IMG/VR virus record: IMGVR_UViG_3300021127_000004
Location: 14,700 to 78,699 of that record
Origin: a virus
DNA length: 64,000 nucleotides
Strand: one strand, 5' to 3'
The notes under the pieces were generated by a model. That model saw nothing but the letters and a program-made list of their open reading frames with translations. It searched no databases and was not told the DNA's origin. Positions 18,593 to 29,360 of the stretch are shown here, in pieces. Positions within the stretch are counted from its first letter, which is position 1, and each line of letters begins with the position of its first letter. Position numbers and translations under genes: made by a program.

Positions 18593-21069
18593 TAGCTTTC
18601 TTGCTGTTGCAAATCTGCTTTATGTGTGGCTAAGTCTTTTTGGTTAGCCGTTCTTGTTTGTTGTTTTGTAGGCTCGTTTTCTATCTTTTTATCTGTAATA
18701 TCTTCTTTAGTCTTATTGTTAAGTTGTGCAACTTGTACCATAGCTTGTGCAGGGATTTGAGCCTTTTGTATTTCTGCCGCATCTTTAGCTTGTTGCATCT
18801 TAGCTTGATTAGCTTGCATTTCTTTTTCGTGGTCTTGCTGCATCTTCATTTCTTCCAACTTTTCTTTTCTCACACGCTTTCTTGCTTTCTCACGATATTG
18901 CTCTAATAATGCTAATCCTTGTCTTGGGTCTTTCTCACGGGTAATAATTCCCCACTCGTTTAATTCTATCCCACCTTTACCGTCCTGATTAGCTAATGCC
19001 ATATCTGCTGCTTGAATAACCTTTTGTCTATCCATAGCTGTAATGTAGTTGCCTACATATAATCCTAATCTATGTGCTGCTTTGTTTTTATCTGCATAGT
19101 CTTTTAGGGTTTTCAAGTTGTTGAACTGTAATTCCCCTATTATTGACCTAATCCAATCGCAAGCCAAACTATCTTCAAAAGCTAAAGCATCTTGGGTTGT
19201 GTTTAGTATCCTAGTACATATACGTTCTTTTACATACTGTATTATCCTAAATATATACCCTGTGCTTTTTTCGCTTTGGGTTGTTTCCATTTCGGAAGCC
19301 TTGAAGCCTTTTCGTGCATTTTGCACTTGTCCTAATCTTACATCATTAAGACCTACCATTTGGGCAATGTTTTCAATAGCTGTCTTTTCTATTGATTCTA
19401 TCCACATTGATTGTAGGTCACGGGGTTGCTGTACTTCTATCCTATGGTAGTCTTGGGTTTTTCTGCCATCTATTCTAGGTCTTACCCTAATCCTAACGTG
19501 GGATTGTTTTTGTACTTTTACTATATCCTCTAAAATATTCCCTACTGAAAAGTTGGGGGAATCTTCGTTGTCTTGTTGATACTCCCTTTTGAATAGTTGA
19601 GCCAACTCCATTACCTCGTCCCAATCGTAATCTTCTTTGTTAGGCTGTACTTTTGATAGCAACCATAATATCCTATAAGCAGCTTGGTTTGCCTTGAAAA
19701 TATCCGTCTTAGATATATCTACTGCGCTTGCACCTTCTTTACGGTAAACTATCATATTGCCACAAGAATATTCATCATTTACCCCTTGTGTATCTTGATA
19801 GATTACTTTACCGAAATTATATATCCATTGGGATATGCTTGTAGTCGGTAAAAAGTAACTATAATAAAATTGCTCGTTAGTGATATTTTCTACAACATAC
19901 CCTTCTGTAACTTCTTTGTCGTCTAAGTCATAACCATAAGGGACAATCTTGCCTACTTCTATTTCTTTCCCGTTCTTATCTTTTTTTGATAGGTATGACT
20001 TTGTGGCATCTATTGAGCAAAACTCAATATACCCAACTTGAACATTATAGGTATAGGCTTGTTCCCAAGAAAGGAATTTGCCCCCAAACTCCCCACTATA
20101 ACCTTGCGCTTGTGAGAAATAGTCTTTATCGCTTTCGTAATTTGGGTGATGTTTCCCGTTGTATTCCCTATTGCCCTGTGTAAAACCAGTGTAGGTGCTG
20201 TTGTTGCTGAAATTTAAAGCCCATAGTAATTGATACCAATCCCGTTCAAAGTCGAAATCCTGACCTGCCATTGCGATAAAATCCCTTAATGGGACATTCT
20301 GCACCCACCCGTTACAAATATCCCTAGAGCCATCACGTTTATTGCCAAATATGCCATATACTTCTTCGGGGAATATCCTTTGTATCTTTTGTTCCCCCGT
20401 TGTTTGGCTAACATATTTATGTACTGTACAAGTATTGGTGCTAAGAATGTCTATAACGTTGTCCTCTAATATTTCTTTGTCGTAGTTGTTTACATTTAGT
20501 ACTGCACTTATTACTTTGTTAGCGGCGATTTCTTGCTTTAATCGGATAAAGTCATTCCTATGAAAGAAGTCTATATCTTCTTTGTCATTGGGGTCTAACC
20601 CGTATAAAAGCATTTCTTTTATGTTGGTCTTAAACTTTGTATCGTCTGCTGGCAAAGGGGGTAATCCTACCCTTGAATTTAATTCAGATACTGCTTTTTG
20701 ATGTTGGGTAAAAGTAGACAATCTTTTAATATCTGCTTGCTTATCCATCATTGCTGATTCATCATTTGCCCTTACTGTTATTTCGGGGGGGTCGCTTCGC
20801 AATTCTTCCAAGATGATATTGAATATACGCCCCCAAATCCCCAAAGGAACGAAATCGGTATTTTCTAAAAACTCTTTATCGCTAAAAAAAGCCTTTACAT
20901 TGTCCATTGGTTGCTGTGAAAATAGTATCTGTCTATTTTCAATAGCACGTTCACGATTGACTAACTGTACCCAATCTCGTCTGAATATAGTTATTACATC
21001 GTTAAACCATTTTGCATCTTTTTTATTTGGATTAAGCTGTTTGTAACACTCCGAAGCAAATAAGTCCAT
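18589..21069 (-). CDS. portal protein
   Basis: 826 aa with a Q/K/E-rich C-terminal coiled-coil barrel, VGLNDVRLG segment, and position next to scaffold/MCP. Confidence 0.8.
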   Translation of the reverse strand: MDLFASECYKQLNPNKKDAKWFNDVITIFRRDWVQLVNRERAIENRQILFSQQPMDNVKAFFSDKEFLENTDFVPLGIWGRIFNIILEELRSDPPEITVRANDESAMMDKQADIKRLSTFTQHQKAVSELNSRVGLPPLPADDTKFKTNIKEMLLYGLDPNDKEDIDFFHRNDFIRLKQEIAANKVISAVLNVNNYDKEILEDNVIDILSTNTCTVHKYVSQTTGEQKIQRIFPEEVYGIFGNKRDGSRDICNGWVQNVPLRDFIAMAGQDFDFERDWYQLLWALNFSNNSTYTGFTQGNREYNGKHHPNYESDKDYFSQAQGYSGEFGGKFLSWEQAYTYNVQVGYIEFCSIDATKSYLSKKDKNGKEIEVGKIVPYGYDLDDKEVTEGYVVENITNEQFYYSYFLPTTSISQWIYNFGKVIYQDTQGVNDEYSCGNMIVYRKEGASAVDISKTDIFKANQAAYRILWLLSKVQPNKEDYDWDEVMELAQLFKREYQQDNEDSPNFSVGNILEDIVKVQKQSHVRIRVRPRIDGRKTQDYHRIEVQQPRDLQSMWIESIEKTAIENIAQMVGLNDVRLGQVQNARKGFKASEMETTQSEKSTGYIFRIIQYVKERICTRILNTTQDALAFEDSLACDWIRSIIGELQFNNLKTLKDYADKNKAAHRLGLYVGNYITAMDRQKVIQAADMALANQDGKGGIELNEWGIITREKDPRQGLALLEQYREKARKRVRKEKLEEMKMQQDHEKEMQANQAKMQQAKDAAEIQKAQIPAQAMVQVAQLNNKTKEDITDKKIENEPTKQQTRTANQKDLATHKADLQQQESY

Positions 21070-21096
21070 AAATTATAATTATTGTGTAAAAGTACA

Positions 21097-21104
21097 TAAA
21101 TTTG
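21097..21104 (+). promoter_or_regulatory. Bacteroidota -7 promoter element
   Basis: TAAATTTG 25 nt upstream of ATG 21129. Confidence 0.55.
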
Positions 21105-21128
21105 CACGAATTAATTAAACTAGAAAAA

Positions 21129-21902
21129 ATGAGCAATAAATACATCGCCATATCCCCTAATATAATAGTTAGAGTTTCAAAGGAATCCTTAGTTAAAAAC
21201 CGTGAAGGTGAAGAAATATACCACCACCAATCTTTTGTATGGTACACCCGTAATCTTCAATGTGGTGAGATAGTTTCTATTTCTGATATTGCTAAAAAAC
21301 AACTGCCACTTGCTGAAATAGGGGATTTACTAATTTACCACCACTTCATAGAAGCATCTGCTTCATTAAGTGAAACTAAAAGCCACTACTTAGTAGATGA
21401 AACAGAAACAGATTTTTATTTCAATGTATTGGCTAAAGAAGTTGCAGGGGAATTTATACAAACCTACGGCATCTTAAAAGACAATGAAATAATCCCACAC
21501 CCCTTCTATACTTTTTTACACCAAGAAGAAATATGCTTGAATGAAGATAGTTTGGCTGCTTATCGTTTAAGTCGTGACGAAAAGATAAGGAAGCTAAACC
21601 AAGCAAAACAAGATAACCTCTACAAGATGCACAACTCCCCTGCTAATTGGGATTTGCGTACAGAAATAAGACGTAAAGAAAAAGAAAGCCTTGAAACGAC
21701 CAAAGAACTAAGTAAAAGAAAAACCATTGCTTTCAAAGTAGCTTACGTTACAAATGAAAAGCCATATAAAAAAGAAGATATTATCTCTATCCCTAGCTTT
21801 GCAGCCAACACAATAGTTTCCGTTAATGGGAATGATTACCGTGTGGTGGAATCAAAATATATATCATCTGTTATTCCCGAAGTTGCCCCTTCTCTAATAT
21901 AG
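21129..21902 (+). CDS. tandem GroES/Cpn10-like protein
   Basis: N-half IIVRV...GEIVSIS...IGDLLIY and C-half ending VNGNDYRVVESKYISSVI both resemble Cpn10; ATG 21129 preferred over TTG 21102, which lies inside the promoter. Confidence 0.55.
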   Translation: MSNKYIAISPNIIVRVSKESLVKNREGEEIYHHQSFVWYTRNLQCGEIVSISDIAKKQLPLAEIGDLLIYHHFIEASASLSETKSHYLVDETETDFYFNVLAKEVAGEFIQTYGILKDNEIIPHPFYTFLHQEEICLNEDSLAAYRLSRDEKIRKLNQAKQDNLYKMHNSPANWDLRTEIRRKEKESLETTKELSKRKTIAFKVAYVTNEKPYKKEDIISIPSFAANTIVSVNGNDYRVVESKYISSVIPEVAPSLI

Positions 21903-24900
21903 GGTCACGCTTTGAATCAAACATTGTCACTTCACTACCAAAGTACTCCATGTAATTGTTGGCAGTACTACTATCTGTTATTAACCTTATTTGTATCCAT
22001 TGACCGTATAATGGGTTACCCTCTTGACCGATATTGCCAAGTACTGTTGGGGTTGTGTTGGAATCAGTAGGGGTATTCATATCCCGTAAGAATCCTGCCG
22101 AACTAAAGAATTGACCCCATTGAAAGTTGTTTAATAACAAATAAGACTTTTGACCCGTTTGTGTTATTATCCTATCTGCAAATAAAAGATTTTGCTTACA
22201 GTAATTTGATAGTGCTTGGAAGAACACTTGTGACAATGCTTGTGTGGCACAAACTATTTCAATAACACTTTCGCATTGCACTCCATAAAACACATTGAAC
22301 GAATTATTTGTATTTATGTTATGGTGGGAATATATTGCACCGTTGTTAAATGTGAACAACTGCTTATTCAATAAGTCACCATCAATACTTGCATACATTT
22401 CGGGAGTAAAAGATACATCCCCCGTAACATTGGTAGTATTAATATCAAATGTTGTTGTATTGTTGTCTAGTGGGGTATAATTCCTGCTTTGGTTTATGTA
22501 ACTGATATTACTTAAAGAGAAGTCGGTCAATAGATATTTGTTTTCAAGTGGGTCTATTCCCCCTACAAAAAACTTAGTGCCATCTGCTGCAATAGCCTTT
22601 AATTTAGCCCTAAAAGAACTATCTATTTTGCCTTTTATCACATTAGGCAGTATCTCATTTTCATCACTAATCATTGATTTGAAAGAAGAAAAATTAAACT
22701 GCAAAACATCACATTGCTGCCTATCAACAAACATAGTCAATTTACCTAAAGTCTGTATGCTACACTTGTCTATTAGTTGGCATCCGTAAACATCCCCTAT
22801 TTCTCTTTCGGGATTTCCCCACACATTACTTGCAGAAGCAACACTTACCGTCCCTGCTGAATCTACCCTTAATAAGTTGTCATTATACCCTACTTTAAAG
22901 TTGCTGAATTGTGTCAAGAACCAAACAACACCAGTATCGAATACTGCCCCAGAAATGCCAAATGTATTTTTAATGTCGAAATCTTGTATTAAATTATCTG
23001 AAAAATATTGAAGATAATTCAATGCCCCATTCATAGATAAAGTCCCCGTCAATATAACTGAATTTATCTTATGTAAAACTTGTTCGTAAAGGTTATTTGT
23101 ATATGCCCTACCTTGATTGTTTATATTTAACCCCCAAGTATTGCTAGGGGATTTGCTTTCAAATCTAAACCCAAAATTATTTAACGAAACTATTGAATTA
23201 CTACTATCGAAGGTCTGCACTTGCGCCGTTACTATACTTCCAGATGTGTCAGTATTGGTTATTGTTGTGACCAAAGGCGTTTGTGATAATAAAGTTGGGA
23301 CTGGTATTTGCCTACTCAAAAAATAAGTGTCGTAAACATTTAGTTTAATTGATGTCTTTTGTGGCACTCCATCAACTAAATCAATCCTACTATTTGGTAT
23401 TTCAAAGTAAGATATTTGCTCTAAATTATTTACTGATTTTGGTCTATATATCCTAATTATTGCATTTGGCAAAAGTCCCTTTAATTCCCCTGAATAATCA
23501 ATAAGAAAGTACTGCCCTGTTGTATCATATTTTACTACCGAAGATATATTTTTAGAAAAAAAAGTATTATCCCCATTTATCATAAACAAAACCCTGTCCC
23601 CTACTACGGGCGTATTTTTACCCTCTGCGATAAAAGACCAATTGCAAGTGGTATTGTAATTATTATTTGCGTTAAACTTATTTAGACTAGCATACCATAT
23701 CCTTATTTGAGAAGGAGAATATATATTAATAGCCCCCGTATTATCAATAAAATCAGCCTTATCTACTATCCAAGTTACATAGTCTGATATAGACAATTCA
23801 GCCCCCATTGCCACTGTAAGATACTTTAAGTTTTTAGGGAATGTAGTCCCGTTTGTTATATCCAATTGTGGCGACCAAGCGTTTACCGATTGAGATTGAA
23901 TTAAAGATGGGACATTTAATACCCTTAAAGGCTCTGCGTATGTAACTCTTTTTCCATCGTGACCAATAAGTGAAAAAGGATATTTTCCCCCACTAAGCAA
24001 TGACTTAAATGATTTATATTCTAATATAACTACACCAATGTCATATATTCTTTCCCCACAAGCACCAACGCAAGCATCTATTGTTAGTGGTATAGTTGAA
24101 ATACAAGTATCCCCCACGCCCGTAAATGAACACGCCCCCCCGCTTATAATCAATGAATCGTATCGAACACTGCCATTGTAAACGTCATCGTGAGCAATCA
24201 AAGAAAAAGAACCATCATCATCCGTTGTTGTATGCCCACCCCTTGTTAATGTTATAGGCAAGTTCGGTATCCCTTCATCTGTGCCATTCAGTATTATTTT
24301 ACCCTGTATTATCACCCTATTACATGGCAAGTTATACATTTGTTCCCAAGCAGGGTTCTTTGTGTTTATGGTGAAATTAGAAAAACTCATCATCCCCCTG
24401 TTCCCCTTGCCTGTATTCCAACTCGCTTCTTGACAATTATAGTAAAAATTGTAATAATAAGTTCTAGGCGATGTAGATGTAACAAATTTATAATAAAACC
24501 CATTATGGTCTGTTATCCCGCTAGTAAACCTGCCATCTATCCTCATCAACTCCATTGGGTTTTGTGGAAACCCATTCTGATTTGTTTCGTATATATAACC
24601 ACAAGTGGCATAGTTATCTTGCGATGTAAATTCTGCGATAGTAAGAATCCTTACGCTGTCTAGTGTATTATAGTCTAAATCACAAGCGTTTATAACTAAT
24701 TCTTTTGTGGTTGGGTCGCCGTTACTGAAATTAAGTATCCCTGCCTTTATATCGTCTGGGTTAATAGTGTTTAAGCCATATACGGTTGTACTTGTAGACT
24801 GAAAATCACCCCCACTTGCTGGGTCGTATAAGTGAGATGCTAGTCTAAATATTTTAACCCCTGCCGTAACCCCTGTAAAAGTAAATCGTTGCAAGGAATT

Positions 24901-26358
24901 ACCTGTGTGTGAAAAATCTTCATCAACTTGCCAAGTGCCTCCGTCCCAATATACTTGTTCACTTACTGCAATGCTGCCATCGTTTAGATAACCAATAAAA
25001 CCGCTTTGGTAAATATTAGTAAAGTATTGACTGAAATTTCTTGCCAAGTCTGAATTTCCCCAAACATACCCCGTTGAACCTTTCTTAGTAACTCCACCAA
25101 TAGAACCATTAAGTACGCTTTGTATGGCAACGTATATCGTTATATTCCTTGTTTCCCCTATGCTTACGGGGGTTGAATTTAAAGATAACTTGCAATTATC
25201 TGTTATACTACTGCCAAACGGCGAGAACCCTTGCAAGAAATTGGCATAAGCAAGTTTTTGATTTAATTCAAATAAAACCTGTGGCTTTTGGGGAACGGGG
25301 TTTTCTATCCTGTTTGTTTCATCTTGGGAAACAGGCGTTTGTTGCCCATTATTGCAGAATGTATATGTTATTTGATTAGTTGAAGGGTTATATGTAACGT
25401 TGGGGTTTCTTTGCCTAGTCCACCATTCCCCTACTGTACTGCCTTTATAAAGTAGCAATGTGGAATCAACATACCATTGGTCACTATTTCCTATCCTATA
25501 TTCTACATCTATTGAATTGTTGAATGGATTACCCGCATCAAATGTCAATGACAAGCAACGTGGGCTAGTACTGCTTGATACCATACAATCATTGACCCCA
25601 CTAAAATATAGGTCACTGATTATCCCATGTTCAGAGGGTACGCCAAATACGTTTGTGTTTTTTATCCTAAATTGAAATCCTTGATACAATAAATCATTAG
25701 GTATAGCTAAATCTGCTGTTGTTGCGGGAATTTCTGCTATTAATATTTCAGAATCAGGCGTATCAAATCCAGTCCTTATTAATGTACAAGGGTCGTAATT
25801 ACCTTTAAAATAAGGGTAAATAGTACTATTAAAGCCTTGTGAAGATATTGCATCGTCAACTCTTAAATATCCGCCGTCATTAAATCCATCAGCCCAATAC
25901 AAATCCCTTTTTAATACTGTAACCCCCGTGTCAGGGTCAGTTAGTGTAATAGGCAATAATACTATCGAAGCAATAAAGTATTGTGGCAACAACTGAAAAT
26001 TAAGGCAAGCATTTTGATAAACTAAATCAGCCGTCCTATTACTTGCACTTACTCTATAAATTGAATGATTCCCATTACTGTTATATATGAAACAATAAAC
26101 TTCATTTGTAACTGCAAAGCCTTTAGCACCTATGCAATAGTTATTCCCACTTGGGAGATTAAAAGGCACATACAACTCATTGCTTTGCAATTTTTTCAAT
26201 GATGCAGCATTATTCCCCTCTTTTATGTCACCATACTCATTGGTAGTACTTTCGTATGAAGTAACGTTTTTTAGATACCTAGCGGTAAATTCGTCAAAAT
26301 ACGATGCGCTAAGGTCTGTGTTTATCTTTAGGGGCAATATCTTTTTTGTGTGTTGCAT
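21871..26358 (-). CDS. tail stabilisation/nozzle (muzzle) protein
   Basis: 1495 aa beta-rich; N-terminal ARYLKNV..GN....CIGA and C-terminal YGC..., FVGGIDP and NVFYGVQ motifs of podovirus nozzle proteins. Confidence 0.7.
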   Translation of the reverse strand: MQHTKKILPLKINTDLSASYFDEFTARYLKNVTSYESTTNEYGDIKEGNNAASLKKLQSNELYVPFNLPSGNNYCIGAKGFAVTNEVYCFIYNSNGNHSIYRVSASNRTADLVYQNACLNFQLLPQYFIASIVLLPITLTDPDTGVTVLKRDLYWADGFNDGGYLRVDDAISSQGFNSTIYPYFKGNYDPCTLIRTGFDTPDSEILIAEIPATTADLAIPNDLLYQGFQFRIKNTNVFGVPSEHGIISDLYFSGVNDCMVSSSTSPRCLSLTFDAGNPFNNSIDVEYRIGNSDQWYVDSTLLLYKGSTVGEWWTRQRNPNVTYNPSTNQITYTFCNNGQQTPVSQDETNRIENPVPQKPQVLFELNQKLAYANFLQGFSPFGSSITDNCKLSLNSTPVSIGETRNITIYVAIQSVLNGSIGGVTKKGSTGYVWGNSDLARNFSQYFTNIYQSGFIGYLNDGSIAVSEQVYWDGGTWQVDEDFSHTGNSLQRFTFTGVTAGVKIFRLASHLYDPASGGDFQSTSTTVYGLNTINPDDIKAGILNFSNGDPTTKELVINACDLDYNTLDSVRILTIAEFTSQDNYATCGYIYETNQNGFPQNPMELMRIDGRFTSGITDHNGFYYKFVTSTSPRTYYYNFYYNCQEASWNTGKGNRGMMSFSNFTINTKNPAWEQMYNLPCNRVIIQGKIILNGTDEGIPNLPITLTRGGHTTTDDDGSFSLIAHDDVYNGSVRYDSLIISGGACSFTGVGDTCISTIPLTIDACVGACGERIYDIGVVILEYKSFKSLLSGGKYPFSLIGHDGKRVTYAEPLRVLNVPSLIQSQSVNAWSPQLDITNGTTFPKNLKYLTVAMGAELSISDYVTWIVDKADFIDNTGAINIYSPSQIRIWYASLNKFNANNNYNTTCNWSFIAEGKNTPVVGDRVLFMINGDNTFFSKNISSVVKYDTTGQYFLIDYSGELKGLLPNAIIRIYRPKSVNNLEQISYFEIPNSRIDLVDGVPQKTSIKLNVYDTYFLSRQIPVPTLLSQTPLVTTITNTDTSGSIVTAQVQTFDSSNSIVSLNNFGFRFESKSPSNTWGLNINNQGRAYTNNLYEQVLHKINSVILTGTLSMNGALNYLQYFSDNLIQDFDIKNTFGISGAVFDTGVVWFLTQFSNFKVGYNDNLLRVDSAGTVSVASASNVWGNPEREIGDVYGCQLIDKCSIQTLGKLTMFVDRQQCDVLQFNFSSFKSMISDENEILPNVIKGKIDSSFRAKLKAIAADGTKFFVGGIDPLENKYLLTDFSLSNISYINQSRNYTPLDNNTTTFDINTTNVTGDVSFTPEMYASIDGDLLNKQLFTFNNGAIYSHHNINTNNSFNVFYGVQCESVIEIVCATQALSQVFFQALSNYCKQNLLFADRIITQTGQKSYLLLNNFQWGQFFSSAGFLRDMNTPTDSNTTPTVLGNIGQEGNPLYGQWIQIRLITDSSTANNYMEYFGSEVTMFDSKRDPILEKGQLRE

Positions 26359-26362
26359 TATG

Positions 26363-26370
26363 CAAAATTA
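26363..26370 (-). promoter_or_regulatory. -7 promoter element (possibly a leaderless transcript)
   Basis: TAATTTTG only 4 nt before the ATG of the 1495-aa gene; no -33 element seen. Confidence 0.4.
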
Positions 26371-26375
26371 GTGTT

Positions 26376-28712
26376 TTAGGCGACTTGTTTTGGTTTTGAA
26401 TATTTACCATTTAAAGCACCTAAGAAATTACCGAAAAACTGACTATCTTCCACATAGTTTTGTCGCCCCAAAATGGTAGCCATATAAATATCGTGCGCCA
26501 ATACCAAATATCCAAACATCATTACCAAATCCGAAGGTTTTGTCATTTCGGGGTCAAAATCCAAGAACTGTCTAAGTAATGGAATAAAGTGTATTGTTTC
26601 GACATAATTAGGTTCATCTTTACCTACATAAAGGTAGTCCTTAGCACTTCTTATTATTGTTTCTAATAGTACGTTTTGGTGGGCGTTTCTTGTCCTTACT
26701 ATAAAGTTAAAATCAGCCCCTAATTGCATCCACGGTTCGTATGTTATAAGGGTAAATGTAGGGGCTTTGACATCTTTGAAAATCATATAGTACCCTAATC
26801 CCTCTTGCAACATCATATTTGCATAAGTGGGTTCGTTTGCTTCTACTATGCTTATCTTAGAAAAGAATATTGTTTCTTTTACTAATTGTTCGTATGATTC
26901 ACGGGGGTTATCTGGGCGTGCAAAGTAAACTGAAATCAATCGCTTAGATGCTATCTTTCTTTCACGGCTATCCCTGATTGGGTCGTAAATACTCATAGTT
27001 CCATAAGCACATTTAGAACCTTCGTTTATTGCTTCTGCCCATTTAACGGTATCTGCACCGCCTACGTTGTTAAATCTTTTTGGGGGCAATAAAGAACCGT
27101 TTGTATCGTACCCCCTTAATAAACTTTCGTTGAAAGTGCCTCTATAAAATTCTTCCTTATCTATCCAAAATTCGGGTTCAAATCCGTTTTGCACATCTTC
27201 TTCTGAAAGGGGAATACATCTTACTTTAGTAAACTTACCTTTGGGGCGTTTATCTTTTTTACCCATTTCCCAAGCTGCATTATCCCATATCAAACGTGCA
27301 GGTATCATTCCGTGTACCCCGTTTGCATTATCTTCTAATTCACTATCTATTTGGGCTATTATCGGTAGGGGATTGAATGTAGAACTTTCTCCACCTATTT
27401 CCCAAGCCTCTTTTTCAGTACGGGCTAACTGCCTTTTTACTGAAAGGTATCTTTTAGGGTCGGTCTTAACTTTTTCTAAGGCTTCCTCGATACTATCATT
27501 CGCCGCCACTTCGTCACATTCCCCGTACTTATCAATCAAACTAAGGAATGAATAAAGAGAAGAAACGTGGTAGCATATCAATTCACTAAGGGTTCTTTTA
27601 CTCCCTCTTTTTGTGTGTAATTTACTGCCAAAGAAAATATCCCTTGCTTCTGTAACCCCCACGTCATTTTGTTCTGAAACGTACCCAAATAACCACATTT
27701 TGCCTTCGATGTCATTTTGCATCTTAACGGTGGCATTGTTTGTTTCAAATATTTCTTTTGGGTGTTGGTTACTTTTGGCAAGGGTTTTATTAAACTCATC
27801 CAAAACAACGTCTGTCATTTTAGGGCTATCAAATCCTTTAGGGTCTGTGGGGGCTACGAATATTCTTGAATTAAGTGCCTTTTCTTGCATCATTGTGTTT
27901 AATGCCGACTTATGTGAAGAAGTCCCACTAAATGATTTTGCCCCAAATATTGTATGACCTTCACTTCTTGCATCTGTTTTAGTAGAGGGTTTGAATATGT
28001 TTGGCAATCCATCAAAAGCATGATAAAAGTACATCATGTTACTTGTTATGGCAACATCTTTACTCATACTCATTACACCTACTTGTTGCCCTTTGTAAAG
28101 GGTTGTTTTGTTTAGTAGGTAACAAGAAAAAAGGAAAGTAACCCCTGTTTTTTTAGCCTTAGAAATGAAAGCCCCAAGTATATTTTCATCCTTATTAACC
28201 AAGTCTATCAAATAGAAAATATCTTGTTGGTATTTATAGAAATAACCATATTCTGCATAAACCCTAAGAAAATAATCTTTTGGCACACTATCCCCAAATG
28301 TGGCTACATACTTTTCATACCTAGCACTTTTACCATAACAACGGCAATGCTGCATAGTGAAGTAATGATGCCCCGTAATGTATTCTATTTCATTTTTGTT
28401 ACGGAAGAAAACCCCGTGTTCACGCCTATATAATTCTTTCGATACTGTTTCTATGAATAGTTGGCTATCTGCTGAATTAAAAGACTTGTAAAGCCCACTT
28501 TCATCTTGTAGTGTAGCATCTGCATCTAGTTCTGTATAATTAGGGACGAAATTATAAAACACACTAGGTAACTCTAATCTTCTCCAATAGGCGTTTTCGG
28601 GCTTTTCATTGTACCATAGTATTTCATCCGTGTTTTTAGGCAACGGGGGTTTGGTATAATGATGTTCCCCAATGATTGCAGTAGTTTTATATGTTACCCC
28701 TTTTTTTAGCAT
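26376..28712 (-). CDS. terL: terminase large subunit
   Basis: YITGHHYF, Walker A-like KAKKTGVT, Walker B VVLDE, nuclease GGAD, YFARP...YE...K...F and VEAN motifs. Confidence 0.9.
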   Translation of the reverse strand: MLKKGVTYKTTAIIGEHHYTKPPLPKNTDEILWYNEKPENAYWRRLELPSVFYNFVPNYTELDADATLQDESGLYKSFNSADSQLFIETVSKELYRREHGVFFRNKNEIEYITGHHYFTMQHCRCYGKSARYEKYVATFGDSVPKDYFLRVYAEYGYFYKYQQDIFYLIDLVNKDENILGAFISKAKKTGVTFLFSCYLLNKTTLYKGQQVGVMSMSKDVAITSNMMYFYHAFDGLPNIFKPSTKTDARSEGHTIFGAKSFSGTSSHKSALNTMMQEKALNSRIFVAPTDPKGFDSPKMTDVVLDEFNKTLAKSNQHPKEIFETNNATVKMQNDIEGKMWLFGYVSEQNDVGVTEARDIFFGSKLHTKRGSKRTLSELICYHVSSLYSFLSLIDKYGECDEVAANDSIEEALEKVKTDPKRYLSVKRQLARTEKEAWEIGGESSTFNPLPIIAQIDSELEDNANGVHGMIPARLIWDNAAWEMGKKDKRPKGKFTKVRCIPLSEEDVQNGFEPEFWIDKEEFYRGTFNESLLRGYDTNGSLLPPKRFNNVGGADTVKWAEAINEGSKCAYGTMSIYDPIRDSRERKIASKRLISVYFARPDNPRESYEQLVKETIFFSKISIVEANEPTYANMMLQEGLGYYMIFKDVKAPTFTLITYEPWMQLGADFNFIVRTRNAHQNVLLETIIRSAKDYLYVGKDEPNYVETIHFIPLLRQFLDFDPEMTKPSDLVMMFGYLVLAHDIYMATILGRQNYVEDSQFFGNFLGALNGKYSKPKQVA

Positions 28713-29359
28713 TATTTATTCCTATTTATAAAGTCCTCTATTGAAGCAGTATTTTTTTGCATTGACATTTCGTTTGCAGCCCCAACGCTTACTTTTAGTT
28801 TTGCATGGTTTTGAATAAAAGACGACTTAGCTTCATTCATCATATTCATTAATTCCCTTGCGTTTTCTGCTGCTGCCATTTTGCCATCTACTATTGATTT
28901 TATCTTAGCATAAGCATCCAAATCGGTAGTGCCATCATCATTTTTAATCTTAGGTTCGGGTAAAGACATTATTGAAAGGAATTGTGACCTTAACCCCCTG
29001 TATGCAACATATTGGGCAAAGTTATCATCATTCTGTAACTTAATCCACCTATCAATACTTAGCCTTAAATTATCATTTCTTAGCTTTGCAACTTCATCAT
29101 AATATACTTCGGGCAATCCTACTTTTGTAAATATCCTTCTAGCTAAGTTATCCCAAGAAATCCCCCCTGTATTAAGCATTTCACTTTCCAAAGAAAACCC
29201 GTATAAGATAAACTTAACTACCCCTACAAAAACTTCTGCAACGGGGAAATCTTCTGATAACGGTTTAAATATTTCCCACAAATACCTATTTCTAAGAAAT
29301 TGCTCGAAGTAATCATCCCCCTCATCGTAAGATATAATTTCGCTGTAATTATTTATCAT
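28712..29359 (-). CDS. putative terminase small subunit
   Basis: 215 aa helical protein overlapping the terL start. Confidence 0.45.
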   Translation of the reverse strand: MINNYSEIISYDEGDDYFEQFLRNRYLWEIFKPLSEDFPVAEVFVGVVKFILYGFSLESEMLNTGGISWDNLARRIFTKVGLPEVYYDEVAKLRNDNLRLSIDRWIKLQNDDNFAQYVAYRGLRSQFLSIMSLPEPKIKNDDGTTDLDAYAKIKSIVDGKMAAAENARELMNMMNEAKSSFIQNHAKLKVSVGAANEMSMQKNTASIEDFINRNK

Positions 29360-29360
29360 C

